A DNA stretch of 64,000 nt from Minisyncoccota bacterium (lineage in GTDB: Bacteria; Patescibacteriota; Minisyncoccia; Phycocordibacterales; Phycocordibacteraceae): contig DATKSU010000017.1 in assembly GCA_035531495.1 (NCBI GenBank), positions 2,668-66,667 on the forward strand, read 5' to 3'. The notes beneath the pieces are model-generated. The model ran no database searches, was not told the DNA's origin, and saw only the letters and a program-made list of their open reading frames with translations. Every line of letters starts with the position of its first letter. Positions within the stretch are counted from its first letter, which is position 1. Below are positions 63,967 to 64,000 of this stretch, piece by piece. The position numbers and the translations under genes are program-made.

Positions 63967-64000
63967 CCCGTATGGATGCTGAACGGGTTCTCGGAGAGGA

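Overview
This is a GC-rich bacterial chromosomal segment, roughly 60-70% GC by eye. It is dense in housekeeping genes but carries several accessory patches. Firmly recognisable genes are gyrA, infB-rbfA, clpB, rpmG, miaA, a 2-Cys peroxiredoxin, parB, a short Rel/SpoT, topA, an exonuclease III-like gene, dprA, serS, a FtsQ-like gene, a tRNA-dihydrouridine synthase, an ECF sigma factor with a DUF5667 partner, a short dnaX, an FKBP PPIase, tgt, uvrB, uvrA, a short uvrC and ddl. There are eight tRNAs: Leu-TAG, Lys-CTT, Leu-TAA, Cys-GCA, Gly-TCC, Leu-CAA, Gln-TTG and Ala-TGC. Several proteins are notably short (IF2 488 aa, Rel 534 aa, UvrC 414 aa, DnaX 365 aa). Many genes carry a TATACT/TATGAT-like -10 hexamer only 6-9 nt upstream of ATG, consistent with leaderless transcripts. 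Together these point to a reduced-genome organism, possibly CPR/Patescibacteria-like; that is inference, not tested. Five accessory regions stand out. (1) An operon of six tandem paralogous small membrane proteins resembling TrbC/VirB2-type (T4SS) pilins (5661-8042), plus a seventh pilin-like N-terminus fused to a Cys-rich domain with lytic-transglycosylase-like motifs (19043-20017). (2) A flotillin-like SPFH protein co-transcribed with a polytopic membrane protein (8123-10224). (3) A lower-GC patch downstream of tRNA-Gln (37169-43778) encoding a PcsB-like secreted cysteine-peptidase hydrolase and several secreted or membrane hypotheticals. (4) A soluble FtsK/HerA-superfamily TraD/VirD4-like ATPase followed directly by a 772-aa His-rich single-pass membrane protein (48845-53966). 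(5) A small non-OB-fold protein ending in the canonical SSB tail DDIPF, divergent from uvrA. The sequence is so GC-rich that long antisense and extended ORFs in the six-frame track are mostly artefacts. The track also reports GTG/TTG starts as M, so several starts were re-assigned by hand. No CRISPR array, rRNA, integrase or transposase was seen.
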